Counted from the first letter of the stretch, positions 22,087 through 33,042 are shown. The stretch: DNA of 64,000 bases from an uncultured virus (IMG/VR IMGVR_UViG_3300030001_000223) (IMGVR_UViG_3300030001_000223:1-64000), one strand, 5' to 3'. Made by a program: numbers and translations. Notes: generated by a model from the letters alone, not told the origin.

Positions 22087-23715
22087 AATGAAAAGGAATA
22101 TTTAGAATTTATTAAACAGTGGAAAGAAGAGAATAAGGAATTAATTAAAAGTGGTAAGTGTAGAAAAACTTTTTTAGAATGTTTACCTAGGAAGTATGGA
22201 GTCGGTGGAAATAAAAATAAATTAGTTATTGATTGGATAAATTCAATTGGATATAATGTGTATTTTATATACGAAAATATTATAGGGTGGATTGAAATTA
22301 TTAGTTATAAAAAAGATAAAAGAATATTAAAAGTAAAATACAACAAATTTGAATCAGAGATAAATACTAATCAAATGTCAAACTGTAATATAGGAAGAAT
22401 TATAGGAAAAATCACATCAGAATTCAAAATAGAAATTGGACAAACTTTTAAAGATAACAAAAGAGATATAACTGTAACTGATAAAGAAATTAGAATTAGA
22501 TATAAAAAAGATGGTTCTTTGTGCAATGATAAATGGTACAAATACACTTGTAACGTTTGTAGTTGGAATGAAGGGTGGATGACAGAAGGAGATTTATTAA
22601 GAAAAGAAAAACGAGGATGTTCATGTTGTTCTGGGAAAACACTTATAGAAGGTATTAATGATGTAGCTACAATATCACCTTGTATAGTTAAATATTTTCA
22701 AGATGGTTATGATGAGGCTAAGAAGTATACAAAATGGGGAAGTGGAAACCCTGATAATCCAAAAGGTTATATCTATCCTATCTGTCCTGATTGTGGAAGA
22801 GTTAAAAAAAAGAAAACTAATATTGGTTATATTTACAAATCACATTCAATAGGGTGTTCTTGTAGTGATAATATTTCAAAAGGGGAAAAATATGTTTTTA
22901 GTTTATTAGAACAAATAGGTATAAAATTTATAACTCAATTATCAAAAAGAGAACAATCGTGGTGTAATAATTATAGATATGATTTTTATTTTCAGTTAGG
23001 TAATAAAGAAAATTATATAATAGAAGTAAATGGACAACAACATTACGAAGAAAATACTAATTTTGAAATGAATTTGGATGAACAGGTAGAGAATGATAAA
23101 AACAAAAAAGAACTAGCATTAAAAAATGACACAAAAGAAGAAAACTATATTATTATTGATTACAGAAAAGCTGATTTAAATTTGCTAAGAAAAAATATAT
23201 TGAATGATAAAATATTAAATGAATTATTTGATTTAAGTAAAATTAATTGGATAAAATGCTATGAATTTGCTTTGTCTAACTTAGTAAAAAAAGCTTGTGA
23301 ACTTAAAAAACAAAATCCTAAGATGACTACTACTGAAATAGGTAAATTAATGGGAGGATATTGTAGGCTTTCAATTCAAAAATGGTTAGAATCTGGTAAT
23401 GAATTGGGCTGGTGTCACTATAATAAAAATGAAGAAATAAATCAAAATTATAAAAACAGTGTAATAAGAAATAAGAAAAATTATTCAAAACCAGTAGAAA
23501 TATTTAAAGATGGAATTAGTCTAGGTTTATTCCCCTCAGCTAGTGAATTAGAAAGACAAAGCATAGAACTTTTTAAAGTAAAATTAATTAGAAGTAATAT
23601 TACTTTAGTCTGCCAAGAAAAACAAAAGCATCATAAAGGTTATGAATTTAATTATTTAACACAAGAAGAATATGATAGAAGGAAAAATGAAGAAAATTTA
23701 AAACAAGCAATATAA
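22084..23715 (+). CDS. Free-standing homing-endonuclease-like protein (zinc ribbons, Vsr/DUF559-like nuclease, NUMOD1-like HTH), paralog 1
   Basis: Multiple CxxC; YDFYF..IIEVNGQQHY..END..K motif; C-terminal GLFPSASEL...HKGYEF. Confidence 0.7.
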   Translation: MNEKEYLEFIKQWKEENKELIKSGKCRKTFLECLPRKYGVGGNKNKLVIDWINSIGYNVYFIYENIIGWIEIISYKKDKRILKVKYNKFESEINTNQMSNCNIGRIIGKITSEFKIEIGQTFKDNKRDITVTDKEIRIRYKKDGSLCNDKWYKYTCNVCSWNEGWMTEGDLLRKEKRGCSCCSGKTLIEGINDVATISPCIVKYFQDGYDEAKKYTKWGSGNPDNPKGYIYPICPDCGRVKKKKTNIGYIYKSHSIGCSCSDNISKGEKYVFSLLEQIGIKFITQLSKREQSWCNNYRYDFYFQLGNKENYIIEVNGQQHYEENTNFEMNLDEQVENDKNKKELALKNDTKEENYIIIDYRKADLNLLRKNILNDKILNELFDLSKINWIKCYEFALSNLVKKACELKKQNPKMTTTEIGKLMGGYCRLSIQKWLESGNELGWCHYNKNEEINQNYKNSVIRNKKNYSKPVEIFKDGISLGLFPSASELERQSIELFKVKLIRSNITLVCQEKQKHHKGYEFNYLTQEEYDRRKNEENLKQAI

Positions 23716-23784
23716 TAAGTGAGACATCTTTATATAAGGTGTCTTTTTGTTATGTAAAAATAAAATATAGAAAGAAGTGATGAT

Positions 23785-23946
23785 ATGAAATTAGGTGTAT
23801 TAACGTCTTCTTATAAAATAAGGGGATATAACAATAATAAATTAATAGAAAAAACAGTTAATAAAAGTACAATTTTATGGGGTTTTATAGGCGTGAAAAT
23901 TGAAGTATTCGATAGTATGAGAGAGTATTTGGGAGGTGATGGTTAG
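23785..23946 (+). CDS. Small hypothetical protein (53 aa), not in the ORF track
   Basis: MKLGVLTSS...YLGGDG*; its stop overlaps the start of the next gene. Confidence 0.45.
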   Translation: MKLGVLTSSYKIRGYNNNKLIEKTVNKSTILWGFIGVKIEVFDSMREYLGGDG

Positions 23947-24530
23947 TGAATATTGATGATTTGAAAGAATTAGATGATTTTGATTTATTTAAAAAGTATA
24001 TAAAAAATTTCATTATAGATAATGATGATTTGTTTCGTTTAATATGGTTTTCTAATAGTAACCCTTTAGATGAAGATATTTGCCAATATCCAGATAATCC
24101 TTGGGATATATTTAAACCATCATCAAATTCAGAACATGGTTGTTTATTATTTAGACGTAAGAATGATATCGTTCAAAGTGGAGAACAAGTTTGCATTTTA
24201 ATAACTTTTCATTCAGCGCCAAAAGGCAATTCTTTAACTTTTAGAGATATATTTGTAATTGTAAGAATTATAACAAAAGGTACTAATATACAAGAGTTAG
24301 AGAATGGTTTAAATCGTATAAATTGTATAGCCAAAATTTTTGATGATGAATTTAATCAAGCTAATATAACTGGACTAGGTAAAACAAATAAAGAAAAATA
24401 TCGTGATTTAAGTCTTAACGAGGAAAATGACGGTATGATGTTAATGTATACAGCTAATGATTTTAGTTATGATTATTTAAATAATAAAAATATTCAAAAA
24501 CAAATAAGAGGTGATGATACTAATGAATAG
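23946..24530 (+). CDS. Putative tail completion/terminator protein
   Basis: Size and position in the neck/tail block; RBS GGAGGTG. Confidence 0.5.
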   Translation: MNIDDLKELDDFDLFKKYIKNFIIDNDDLFRLIWFSNSNPLDEDICQYPDNPWDIFKPSSNSEHGCLLFRRKNDIVQSGEQVCILITFHSAPKGNSLTFRDIFVIVRIITKGTNIQELENGLNRINCIAKIFDDEFNQANITGLGKTNKEKYRDLSLNEENDGMMLMYTANDFSYDYLNNKNIQKQIRGDDTNE

Positions 24531-25401
24531 TGATTCACTTAAGTATCAACTAATTAGAGGTTTATCAATTATATTTCAAGATAATAATAATCAACGAATT
24601 AAAGTTAAACAACCTAAAATAGAAGATATAGACGATATTGGATTATTACCATATCTTAGTATGACTTATATATTTAGAATACAAAAAGAACATTTACAAA
24701 TATATGATGAAATAAAAGATAAAATAAATAATAAGTCATTATTTGAATCAATGATAATTCAAGAAGAAATATTAAACAGTAAATCAGATTTTAATATTTC
24801 AGAGTCAATAATTATGTTATTAATTCAATCATTAGCTTTTTTTTTAGATATTAAAGATTTTAATAGAATTGGAGTATCTGATAACATTGATGCTATTATA
24901 GTTTATGATTTTAAAGATGTTAATGGGGAAATATGTAAGATTCCTATATTTCAGCTAGATAATAATAACTTTGGTGAATTTAGTGAACTTATTAGAATTA
25001 TTACTTGTAATAGCATCATTGAGATTGATAAAGATAATAATGTTAAAAAATTGTATTATGCAGACCCAGAAGTTCAAAGAATGTATGAGGAACAAATTAA
25101 GTTATATTTAGAAGAAGAAAAGAAAGAAGAAAAAGAAAATCAATTGACTATATCTGATGTTATTGGTTCTATTTGTATTAATGAAAATACAAAATATAAT
25201 TATAAAAACATACAAGATTTAACTATTTGGCAATTATTTTATCAATTTAATTCAATGTTTGCTAAAGAAAATATTGAAATAGTTAAATCTCAATATACAT
25301 CTGGTAATTATAATTTTGAAAAAGTACCTGATTTAGATTGGTTGCGAAAAGTTAAAGTTAAATTACCTAATGATATGGAAAACAATAAAATGAATGATTA
25401 A
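24511..25401 (+). CDS. Hypothetical tail-region protein
   Basis: IQDLTIWQLFYQF motif resembles tail-assembly proteins; synteny. Confidence 0.5.
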   Translation: MMILMNSDSLKYQLIRGLSIIFQDNNNQRIKVKQPKIEDIDDIGLLPYLSMTYIFRIQKEHLQIYDEIKDKINNKSLFESMIIQEEILNSKSDFNISESIIMLLIQSLAFFLDIKDFNRIGVSDNIDAIIVYDFKDVNGEICKIPIFQLDNNNFGEFSELIRIITCNSIIEIDKDNNVKKLYYADPEVQRMYEEQIKLYLEEEKKEEKENQLTISDVIGSICINENTKYNYKNIQDLTIWQLFYQFNSMFAKENIEIVKSQYTSGNYNFEKVPDLDWLRKVKVKLPNDMENNKMND

Positions 25402-25467
25402 GTCTTTATAATATAAAGACTTTTTTATTATATAAAAATTACACAAATTAAAAGGAGGAATTTATAA

Positions 25468-26580
25468 ATGTCAAATATAATGGAAAGATTTGGTATACTA
25501 AATGCAAGTGAAGTAAAACTTTTTGATAAAAGTTCAGGTAAATTAATATTAAAAATACCACAAGCTAATACTTGTAGTTTGGAATACAAATCAACTCAAA
25601 AAACAGCAAAAGAACAAGGTTTAGATGTAATGGCGTGGTCAGTTGACCCACAAGGAACTTATAAAATGTCAACAGAGACAATATCATTTGCACAATTAGC
25701 AGAAGCTTTAGGTAGCAATGGTATGAAATTAAATACTGAAAATGGGACTTATGATAAATCAGAAACATTTACAGTAACAACAGATGGTTCTATGGTAATT
25801 ACATTAGTTTCTGAACCATTATTAAATTCAGTAACTAATTTCCATTTATTAACTAGAGACGGAGAATTACAAAAAGAACTTGTAGCAGTACAAGATGGAA
25901 CAGATAAAAAGAAATTTACAATAACTGATACAGATTTAGTTGCAAATACTAGTATAGTTGAAGCTAACTATATTGAGTCAATGCCAATAGGTACTGTATA
26001 TTCATTTAATGTAAGTGGAAAAGGAAGTTTAAATGGAGCAAGAAAGTTAGTCGCTAATGTATTATGTAAAAATAGAGTAGATGGAACTATGAGTTTTAAA
26101 CAGCTTGTTATTCCTAATGTATTGGCAGAAAATTCTATAACAATTACATTTGATGCTTCGAATCCATCTAAATTTGATATTTCAATGAAAGTTATGGCTG
26201 ATTCTATATTAAAAGATGAGAATGGAGATCCACTTTTCTTCACTTTAAAGGAAAAAGCACCGATTGTTGCAGTAGTAACACCAATTACAGATTTAGCTGG
26301 AAGTAGTTTAATAGCAGGACAAGCTAGTTTAACATTTACCGCACCAACATCAGCTACAAATATTGATTTGATGTACAAGTTAAGTACAGATAGTACATAT
26401 TCTACAGTAGCTACTAGTGGAACTACTGGTGTGTATTTAAATGGAGGTGCAATAACTGCAACTTCAACTAGTGCATTAGTTAAAGGATTGACTTCAAGTA
26501 GCTCTTACAACTTTAAATTAGTTGTTACTGGAGGAACTCATGAAGGTACTTCAAATGTGTCAACTACTACTATAGCATAA
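25468..26580 (+). CDS. Major tail (tube) protein with C-terminal fibronectin-III-like domain
   Basis: Strong RBS; ITFDASNPSKFDI motif; C-terminal LTFTAP..VKGLTSSSSYNFKL..SN pattern of FN3. Confidence 0.75.
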   Translation: MSNIMERFGILNASEVKLFDKSSGKLILKIPQANTCSLEYKSTQKTAKEQGLDVMAWSVDPQGTYKMSTETISFAQLAEALGSNGMKLNTENGTYDKSETFTVTTDGSMVITLVSEPLLNSVTNFHLLTRDGELQKELVAVQDGTDKKKFTITDTDLVANTSIVEANYIESMPIGTVYSFNVSGKGSLNGARKLVANVLCKNRVDGTMSFKQLVIPNVLAENSITITFDASNPSKFDISMKVMADSILKDENGDPLFFTLKEKAPIVAVVTPITDLAGSSLIAGQASLTFTAPTSATNIDLMYKLSTDSTYSTVATSGTTGVYLNGGAITATSTSALVKGLTSSSSYNFKLVVTGGTHEGTSNVSTTTIA

Positions 26581-26667
26581 TAAGTTATAGAAATTAAAAT
26601 TAAATATTGATAGTAGGCACTTTCGGGTGTCTATTCTTGAGTATTTAAATAAATTAATATAAAAGGA

Positions 26668-27120
26668 GTGCAGATAATGGATTATGGAAGTATTGAAGAA
26701 TTTTATGCACAGTTACAAAGAGATACTCTTCGAGAATTAGAAGAAATAGCAGTTAAAGTACAACAAGATATTAGATTATATTTCTTAGAGAATATCTATA
26801 ATTATGAACCAAAAGTTTATGAAAGAACTGACATGTTACTAAATTCATGCAAAGTATCGCCAGTACAAAATAAAAATAGTGAGTTTTATATTGAAATATA
26901 CATAGACCATGATACAGTACATGCAAATCCAGCTTGGTATGATGAATCTGAAATGGGAATATCTGTTGGAGACTACATGACACTTGATGAAGTCTCTGAG
27001 CATTTCGCACTTGAAATGGGTAAAGATGCAGTAGGAACGGTCAATGAAGAATGGGAAAGTACAGGAAAGTTTATAAATGAAATGATGTCATTTTTACGTT
27101 CAAAATACGATATGGTATAA
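26668..27120 (+). CDS. Hypothetical tail/neck protein
   Basis: YEPKVYERT..LLNS motif typical of phage tail-completion proteins. Confidence 0.5.
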   Translation: MQIMDYGSIEEFYAQLQRDTLRELEEIAVKVQQDIRLYFLENIYNYEPKVYERTDMLLNSCKVSPVQNKNSEFYIEIYIDHDTVHANPAWYDESEMGISVGDYMTLDEVSEHFALEMGKDAVGTVNEEWESTGKFINEMMSFLRSKYDMV

Positions 27121-27170
27121 TAAATTAATAGAACGAACATAATTCAAAACACAGATTTTAACAAGACTTT

Positions 27171-27218
27171 TATCTATATATTGTGGTTATATTTATTTAT
27201 AAACACAATATATAGTGT
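27171..27218. promoter_or_regulatory. Tandem NrdR-box-like sites
   Basis: tatCtAtATaTtGtgg (27171) and acaCaAtATaTaGtgt (27203), starts 32 bp apart. Confidence 0.55.
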
Positions 27219-27347
27219 ATAAAAATTACTTAAACAAATTAATAGAAATAAGTATTGACTTTAATCTTTCCTAGGTGTAATATTAATCTTGTAAAGGGAA
27301 TTAATAACTTTTACAAAATAAATTAATATATTAAAGGAGAGAAAGAA

Positions 27348-28106
27348 ATGGACAAGAGGATTATGATTTTTGAAAACAAAGAAGTTGAAGTATTTGAATA
27401 CGAAGGGAGAGTTTTATTTAATCCAAAAGATGTTGCTAAGTGTTTAGACATTACTGATGTTAATAGTAGTATGAGAAATTTTAATGAAAAGCAAGTAATA
27501 AAGCTAACTAATTCAGATATGCATGATGTGCAAATCCGAAAATTAAACAATGCTGGAGAGAAATTCTTAACTGAGAGTGGAGTGTATAAGCTAATATTTA
27601 AATCTAAAAAAGAAGAAGCTGAAAAATTTCAAGATTGGGTAACTGATGAGGTTTTACCTTCATTAAGAAAGAATGGTACATATTCAATTACTACACCAAA
27701 TGTAAATAACAATCTAGTAGATTTAGTACAAGCTACAATTACTAATATAATTCCATTAATAACTAACGAGATGGGTAAGTTAGTATTGCAATCACAAGAT
27801 AAAATAGATCAAAGTATTGAAATGCTACATAATCAATCAGTAATATACGATTCAGACAGAGAAAATTTAAAAGATTTAATTGGATTCCATTCAGTAAATA
27901 CAACTAGAATAGTAAAGACTATCAAGGAAATACTAAGTGAAAAATTAGGATATCATATAATGGCTAATAATCCTATATTTCAAAAGGTTAAGAAATCAGT
28001 ATTTAAAGAATTTAAAGTTATTAAATGGGAAGATGTTCCTGTAGAAAAATATTCAAGAGTATTTGCTTTTGTTGATGAGTATATTAGTGAAATGGAGTGT
28101 AAATAA
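27348..28106 (+). CDS. BRO-N domain antirepressor-like protein
   Basis: LFNPKDVAKCL...FLTESGVYKLIFKSKKEEAEKFQDWVTDEVLPSLRKNGTY; own promoter TTGACT-N17-TAATAT near 27255. Confidence 0.9.
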   Translation: MDKRIMIFENKEVEVFEYEGRVLFNPKDVAKCLDITDVNSSMRNFNEKQVIKLTNSDMHDVQIRKLNNAGEKFLTESGVYKLIFKSKKEEAEKFQDWVTDEVLPSLRKNGTYSITTPNVNNNLVDLVQATITNIIPLITNEMGKLVLQSQDKIDQSIEMLHNQSVIYDSDRENLKDLIGFHSVNTTRIVKTIKEILSEKLGYHIMANNPIFQKVKKSVFKEFKVIKWEDVPVEKYSRVFAFVDEYISEMECK

Positions 28107-28614
28107 TATGAGTATAGATTGGAAAGAACAAATTAAAATAAATGAGAAATATAGTATAAAATTATGCGAATTATTAAATAAAAGTGTTAAAAATAATAAT
28201 GTAGAATATTTTCCATATGTATCTAGCGATACTGTTGGAGTTAAACAAATATTAGATAAACGAGGACTTCAATATAATGAAATATGTTTTGATTATAAAA
28301 TAATAGAAGCAAGTAAATTAGAAGAAGTAAAAACCTTGATATATTATAATTTAGGGCGTGGAATGTTCAAGTCGGTTTATCCAAGAGATAGAGATATTGA
28401 ATTATATGATGATTTGGAATCAAATGGTTGGAATATTTATATAGATGAAGGAACATTATATATTAACAATAAAGGAGTTATGATAGAAGATATTATTTCT
28501 AAAGAAATTAATAAAGATAATATCAAATTGGAAGTAGATAGATATAATTATGATTGCTCGTATATAGTTGTAACTAAAAATAATGATGAATTTACTATTG
28601 AATACATAGATTAA
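28088..28614 (+). CDS. Hypothetical protein
   Basis: ORF overlapping the end of the BRO gene; start uncertain. Confidence 0.5.
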
Positions 28615-28713
28615 CAAATTAATAGAATAATGAAAACATAAGACAATCCAAATGAAACAATATAGATTGGACTGAATTAGATGATAAAAGTATGTAAGAC
28701 TAGAATTTATTTT

Positions 28714-29541
28714 CTAGTCTTTTTGCTTAGTAGTGGATTTATTTTTAGAAATTTCATTGAAAAAATAAACAGAAGCATTTGATATAACTTGCAAGTCATT
28801 ATCACTTAAATCTAATAATCCACCATGCGCATATATATTTCTTAATCTTGTTAAAAATCCAAGAAGTTCAGAAGAATTAGATTGCGAAGAAAGAATATTA
28901 TAAATTAAGCGATACGATGGTATTAATTTAAATGTTATATTAAATTCTTCCATACTATAAATATAATATTTATCAATTTCATTTTTATATTTTTCATAGA
29001 TTGATGGTTCACAATTTAAAACTATGTTATTTAATATTGAATTAAGATTAGATTCAATATTAAATTCCAAATCTAATTTAGATTGCATTTCTTCCATTTC
29101 AAGAATTTCTTTATCTGATTGAATTGGATTATAACCATTTTGTTCTTCAAATATTTCATTTTCTTTTATTTCTTTACGACCTAAAAGAAAGCCTGATTTA
29201 TGTTCTTCTTTAAGTATATTAACCATTTTTAAAGTATATTGATTTAATAATGGTTTTTTATTATATTCGTGTCCAACCGCATCAGTATTACTAATATCCA
29301 TCCAGTTTCCAATTTCAGAAGGTGGAAACATCTTTTGTTGAACTGGTTCTAATTCTAATAAATCATTAGGAGTACACCTAAAGAGGTCACATAGCAAATC
29401 AATATGTCCTTTATCAATTTTTTCAAAGGTATTATTTACATATTTGCTAATAGTATTTTTATTGATTCCAGTATAATCAGATACATCTTTTTGATTATAT
29501 CGGCTATCTTTTAATAGTTTATCTAACTTCATTTTAGCCAT
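28714..29541 (-). CDS. XRE/Cro-C1 HTH regulator with long C-terminal domain
   Basis: QKDVSDYTGINKNTISKYVNN...LLCDLFRCTPNDLL. Confidence 0.85.
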   Translation of the reverse strand: MAKMKLDKLLKDSRYNQKDVSDYTGINKNTISKYVNNTFEKIDKGHIDLLCDLFRCTPNDLLELEPVQQKMFPPSEIGNWMDISNTDAVGHEYNKKPLLNQYTLKMVNILKEEHKSGFLLGRKEIKENEIFEEQNGYNPIQSDKEILEMEEMQSKLDLEFNIESNLNSILNNIVLNCEPSIYEKYKNEIDKYYIYSMEEFNITFKLIPSYRLIYNILSSQSNSSELLGFLTRLRNIYAHGGLLDLSDNDLQVISNASVYFFNEISKNKSTTKQKD

Positions 29542-29787
29542 ATTCTCACCTCTTTTATAGTATATAACATTTTTTGACTATATGCAATAAAGGGATTTAA
29601 TATTTACTATAATACTTAAAAAACATATTGACATTATACAAAAAGAGGATTACTATAGTTACATAAGGTAAGTTAATCCAACTTATCCAAATAAAAATAA
29701 GGCAACAACAAAAATAGTTATCACCTAATCCCTCAACAAGATTAATGATAACACATTGTTTAGCCTAAATCAAGGAGATGTGTTAAT

Positions 29788-30276
29788 ATGGAAAGTATTA
29801 TGCAAACAGGAATGAAAAGAGAAAATTACTATGAAGGAACAATTATTGATATCCGTAAAATTTTTGTAGGCTTTGGTCATTATCTTGAAAGGTTAGGTAT
29901 TGAGGAAGAAGGAGAAATTTCAGATTACGAACAGTATCTTATAGAAGTGGACAAGCGAAGGGAATTGAAAAGGCAGGATGAGCATTTGCATTTGCTTAAA
30001 TGGATTGATGAAAATACAGATGATGACTTTCCATTTAAAATTTCTACTAGGAAAGAATTTGATAGGTTTTATAATTCAGATGATGAAGATGATATAATGG
30101 ACATGCTGATTATAGAATGTGATGAATTTTATGCTAGGTTTAAAGAAATAACAGGTGTAAATTTGTTGAGCAATAATGACTTTATAGAAATGTCATACAT
30201 AGATGAATCACAAAATGATATAGAACTTGTAGTTAGGATAAATGATAGACAGGAAAGATTTATTATAGGAGTTTAA
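29788..30276 (+). CDS. Acidic hypothetical protein, paralog of 43959-44321
   Basis: Shares the EFDRFY...F..IT...YIDE...LVVRI...RFII pattern; divergent from the XRE gene. Confidence 0.7.
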   Translation: MESIMQTGMKRENYYEGTIIDIRKIFVGFGHYLERLGIEEEGEISDYEQYLIEVDKRRELKRQDEHLHLLKWIDENTDDDFPFKISTRKEFDRFYNSDDEDDIMDMLIIECDEFYARFKEITGVNLLSNNDFIEMSYIDESQNDIELVVRINDRQERFIIGV

Positions 30277-30390
30277 AAATTAAATATTGTTTAAATGAAT
30301 AGATATGATATAATTAGAGTATAATAAAAGAAAAAGGAACGAATTGTAGTTCGTCCCTCAGCCCCAGCTCTAATTCAAGTGTTCGGCTCT

Positions 30391-30525
30391 CTACTTCAGA
30401 ATACTTAAAATTAGGGCTATTATTATGTCTTGACTTACGCCATTATTAATAGCGTATATAACTAACTCAATAGCCAAAGAGAATAACAATAGTGTGCTAA
30501 AGCTTTTTATGTACCATTCTTTCAT
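30391..30525 (-). CDS. Small hydrophobic peptide (44 aa), putative type I toxin
   Basis: MKEWYIKSFSTLLLFSLAIELVIYAINNGVSQDIIIALILSILK*; SD AAAGGAGGTG; convergent promoter on the + strand. Confidence 0.65.
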   Translation of the reverse strand: MKEWYIKSFSTLLLFSLAIELVIYAINNGVSQDIIIALILSILK

Positions 30526-30818
30526 AAAAACACCTCCTTTATAAAGTATTTTATTTTGGAAACAATAATATTTCTAATGTAAAATACTTTAAAGAAGATG
30601 GCAAAGAGTTATGAATGGATACAATATTCTATATTAATTTAGATATAATGTTTTATTTTAAATAGGTTTAGTTTCATTTTCATAACATTTCATTTTTTCC
30701 CTTTATCTATTTTAATATAGTATGTTTATTATACCATAAAATTGGAAAACTGTAAAATTAGATATAAAATTTTAGGATTGATTATAAATTACTTGAAAAA
30801 GTGTTATAATATAGATAT

Positions 30819-30943
30819 GGAAGGATAGATATATGAAGGGTTGCAAACTGGATTATATTGATAAGTGAATTTCGACCTCACTTCCTTTCTATTTTTATAA
30901 AATGGTCGAATAAATTAAATTATGAAAGGTCGAGATTGTAATG
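30819..30943 (+). ncRNA. Structured 5'-leader RNA, copy 3 (loop palindrome TTGCAA)
   Basis: P1 ggaagga/tcctttc; junction gataa; P3 gtga/tcac; loop ttcgacc is complementary to ggtcgaa and to ggtcgag just before the ATG. Confidence 0.7.
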
Positions 30944-32491
30944 GAGGATAATAAACAACTAAATCAAGAAGAATATATGGAGATTATTGAAAAATTTAAA
31001 AAAGAAAATAAAGAAGATTATGAAAAGGGTAAGATTAGAAAGGTATTTGATGAAAATCTTATATATAGTAAAAGTGGAAGAACTATTCATTGGAATGCTA
31101 GTATAGGTTATCAAGTATATTTTATACATGAAAATATAGAAGGATGGCTTAAAATAATTAATTATGATGTAAAAACAAGAAAATTAACAATAGATTATAA
31201 TAATGAATTGTTTTATATATTTTATGGAGATTTTTGCAAAGGTGGATTGTGTGCTATTTTGGGAATTGTTACAGTAGATTTCAAAATAGAAATAGGACAA
31301 ACATTTAAAGATGATAAAAGAGATTTAACTATTATTAATAGAGAATATAGAAAAGAAGAACATATTGATAAAAAAGGTAGAAAAAGTATAGTGAATTTAA
31401 AATACTACACATATAAGTGTAATAAATGTGGGCACAAAGGATTGTCATTAGAAGGGTCATTATTACGACAAAAGACAGGCTGTGCATGTTGTAATTCATC
31501 TAATAGAACTGTTGTATTGGGGATTAATACAATATATGATACTGATAAATGGATGATTCCATATATAGGTGAAGAATGTGCCAAAACTCATACTCATGGT
31601 AGCAATAAAAAAGTTGAAGTAACTTGTCCCGATTGTGGAAGAATTAAAAACAAACCTATGACAATAGGTAATATTTATAAACGACATTCAATAGGATGTC
31701 ATTATTGTTCTGATTCTGTAAGTTATCCAAATAAATTTGCATATGAACTATTAAATCAATTAAATAAAATATATAAATTTATTTATTTTCAACATGAATA
31801 TTCACCATCTTGGCTAGGTCAAAGAAGATTTGATAATTATTTTATATATAATGATAAAGAATACATAATAGAGATGGACGGAGGATTAGGTCATGGTAAA
31901 GGAAATTATAAAAATAACATGACATCTGAAGAATCTAAAGCTATTGATGATGAAAAAGATAGATTAGCTAAAGAACACAATATTGAAGTAATCAGAATAG
32001 ATTGTGAAATAAGTAGTTTGGATTATATTAAAAAACATATATTAGAAAGTAATTTAAATAAATTATTTGATTTAAGCAAAATAAATTGGCTAAAAGTCGA
32101 AGAATTTGCATTATCTAATTTAGTTAAAGAAGCTTGTAATTTATGGGATAGTGGTATTCATGATACTTTGAAAATTGCTGAGATAATGAAATTATCGAGA
32201 CCTACAATTACAACATATCTCAAAAAAGGTTCAAAGGAAGTATCTTGGTGTGAATATAACCCTAATGAAGAAAGTAAAAAAGGTACTATTCAATGCAAAC
32301 AAGTTAATAAAAAACCTTTAGAAGTATTTAAAGATAATATTTCTAAAGGAATATTTGAATCTGCTAGTGAATTAATAATAATAAGTGAAAAGTTATTCGG
32401 AGTTAAATTTGATTTTAGAAAAATATCATTAGTTTGTCTAGGAAAACAAAAGAAACATAAAGGATATACATTTAAATATATAATGAATTGA
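30941..32491 (+). CDS. Homing-endonuclease-like protein, paralog 2
   Basis: Same architecture as 22084: CxxC ribbons, RFDNYF..IIEMDGGLGH, C-terminal FESASEL..HKGYTFKY. Confidence 0.7.
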   Translation: MEDNKQLNQEEYMEIIEKFKKENKEDYEKGKIRKVFDENLIYSKSGRTIHWNASIGYQVYFIHENIEGWLKIINYDVKTRKLTIDYNNELFYIFYGDFCKGGLCAILGIVTVDFKIEIGQTFKDDKRDLTIINREYRKEEHIDKKGRKSIVNLKYYTYKCNKCGHKGLSLEGSLLRQKTGCACCNSSNRTVVLGINTIYDTDKWMIPYIGEECAKTHTHGSNKKVEVTCPDCGRIKNKPMTIGNIYKRHSIGCHYCSDSVSYPNKFAYELLNQLNKIYKFIYFQHEYSPSWLGQRRFDNYFIYNDKEYIIEMDGGLGHGKGNYKNNMTSEESKAIDDEKDRLAKEHNIEVIRIDCEISSLDYIKKHILESNLNKLFDLSKINWLKVEEFALSNLVKEACNLWDSGIHDTLKIAEIMKLSRPTITTYLKKGSKEVSWCEYNPNEESKKGTIQCKQVNKKPLEVFKDNISKGIFESASELIIISEKLFGVKFDFRKISLVCLGKQKKHKGYTFKYIMN

Positions 32492-32505
32492 AAAGGAGAG
32501 ATATT

Positions 32506-33042
32506 ATGAATAACATATTGGAAAAACATCAAAAGGGAAAATATCGATATAAGAACAAGGACATAATTCTTTATCACCCGACCTCAGAACAAGATGAAGA
32601 AATAAAACAACTAGTACAAGGTAGTATACAAATAGATAAAGAAATGCAAGTTAGTGGAGAATTGTCATTTAAAAGTGTAAGATATATAATCAGAGAAATT
32701 ACTTCAATAGGTCATGAAATAGATAATATAGAAGATAAAGAAATACAAGAAAAATTAGAGAATGGAGATAGGTGTTTAGTTTTATTAAAAAGAGAAATAG
32801 ATTTATTGATTCAAGAAGTTGTTGATGATATATTTTATGATTATACGCAACAAATTAAAGAAATGAGTAGTTTATTAAATATATTCAATAGCAATGATGA
32901 TTTAAATAAATTACAAACTAAATTTAATAAAGTAATGAAGAAATTTAAAATAGATGTAAAATTTGAGGAATTTATGGGTATGCAAAATAACCCACAAGCA
33001 ATTGAAGATTTAACTAAAAAATTAAATATAAAAACTAAGTAA
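32506..33042 (+). CDS. Putative tail assembly chaperone
   Basis: Immediately upstream of the tape-measure gene; helical; RBS AAGGAG. Confidence 0.5.
   Translation: MNNILEKHQKGKYRYKNKDIILYHPTSEQDEEIKQLVQGSIQIDKEMQVSGELSFKSVRYIIREITSIGHEIDNIEDKEIQEKLENGDRCLVLLKREIDLLIQEVVDDIFYDYTQQIKEMSSLLNIFNSNDDLNKLQTKFNKVMKKFKIDVKFEEFMGMQNNPQAIEDLTKKLNIKTK

Noticed and set aside
30340..30353. LexA (Cheo) box-like cgaattgtagttcg
   Set aside because: Mismatch in the conserved GAAC half; better explained as a hairpin of the putative antisense RNA
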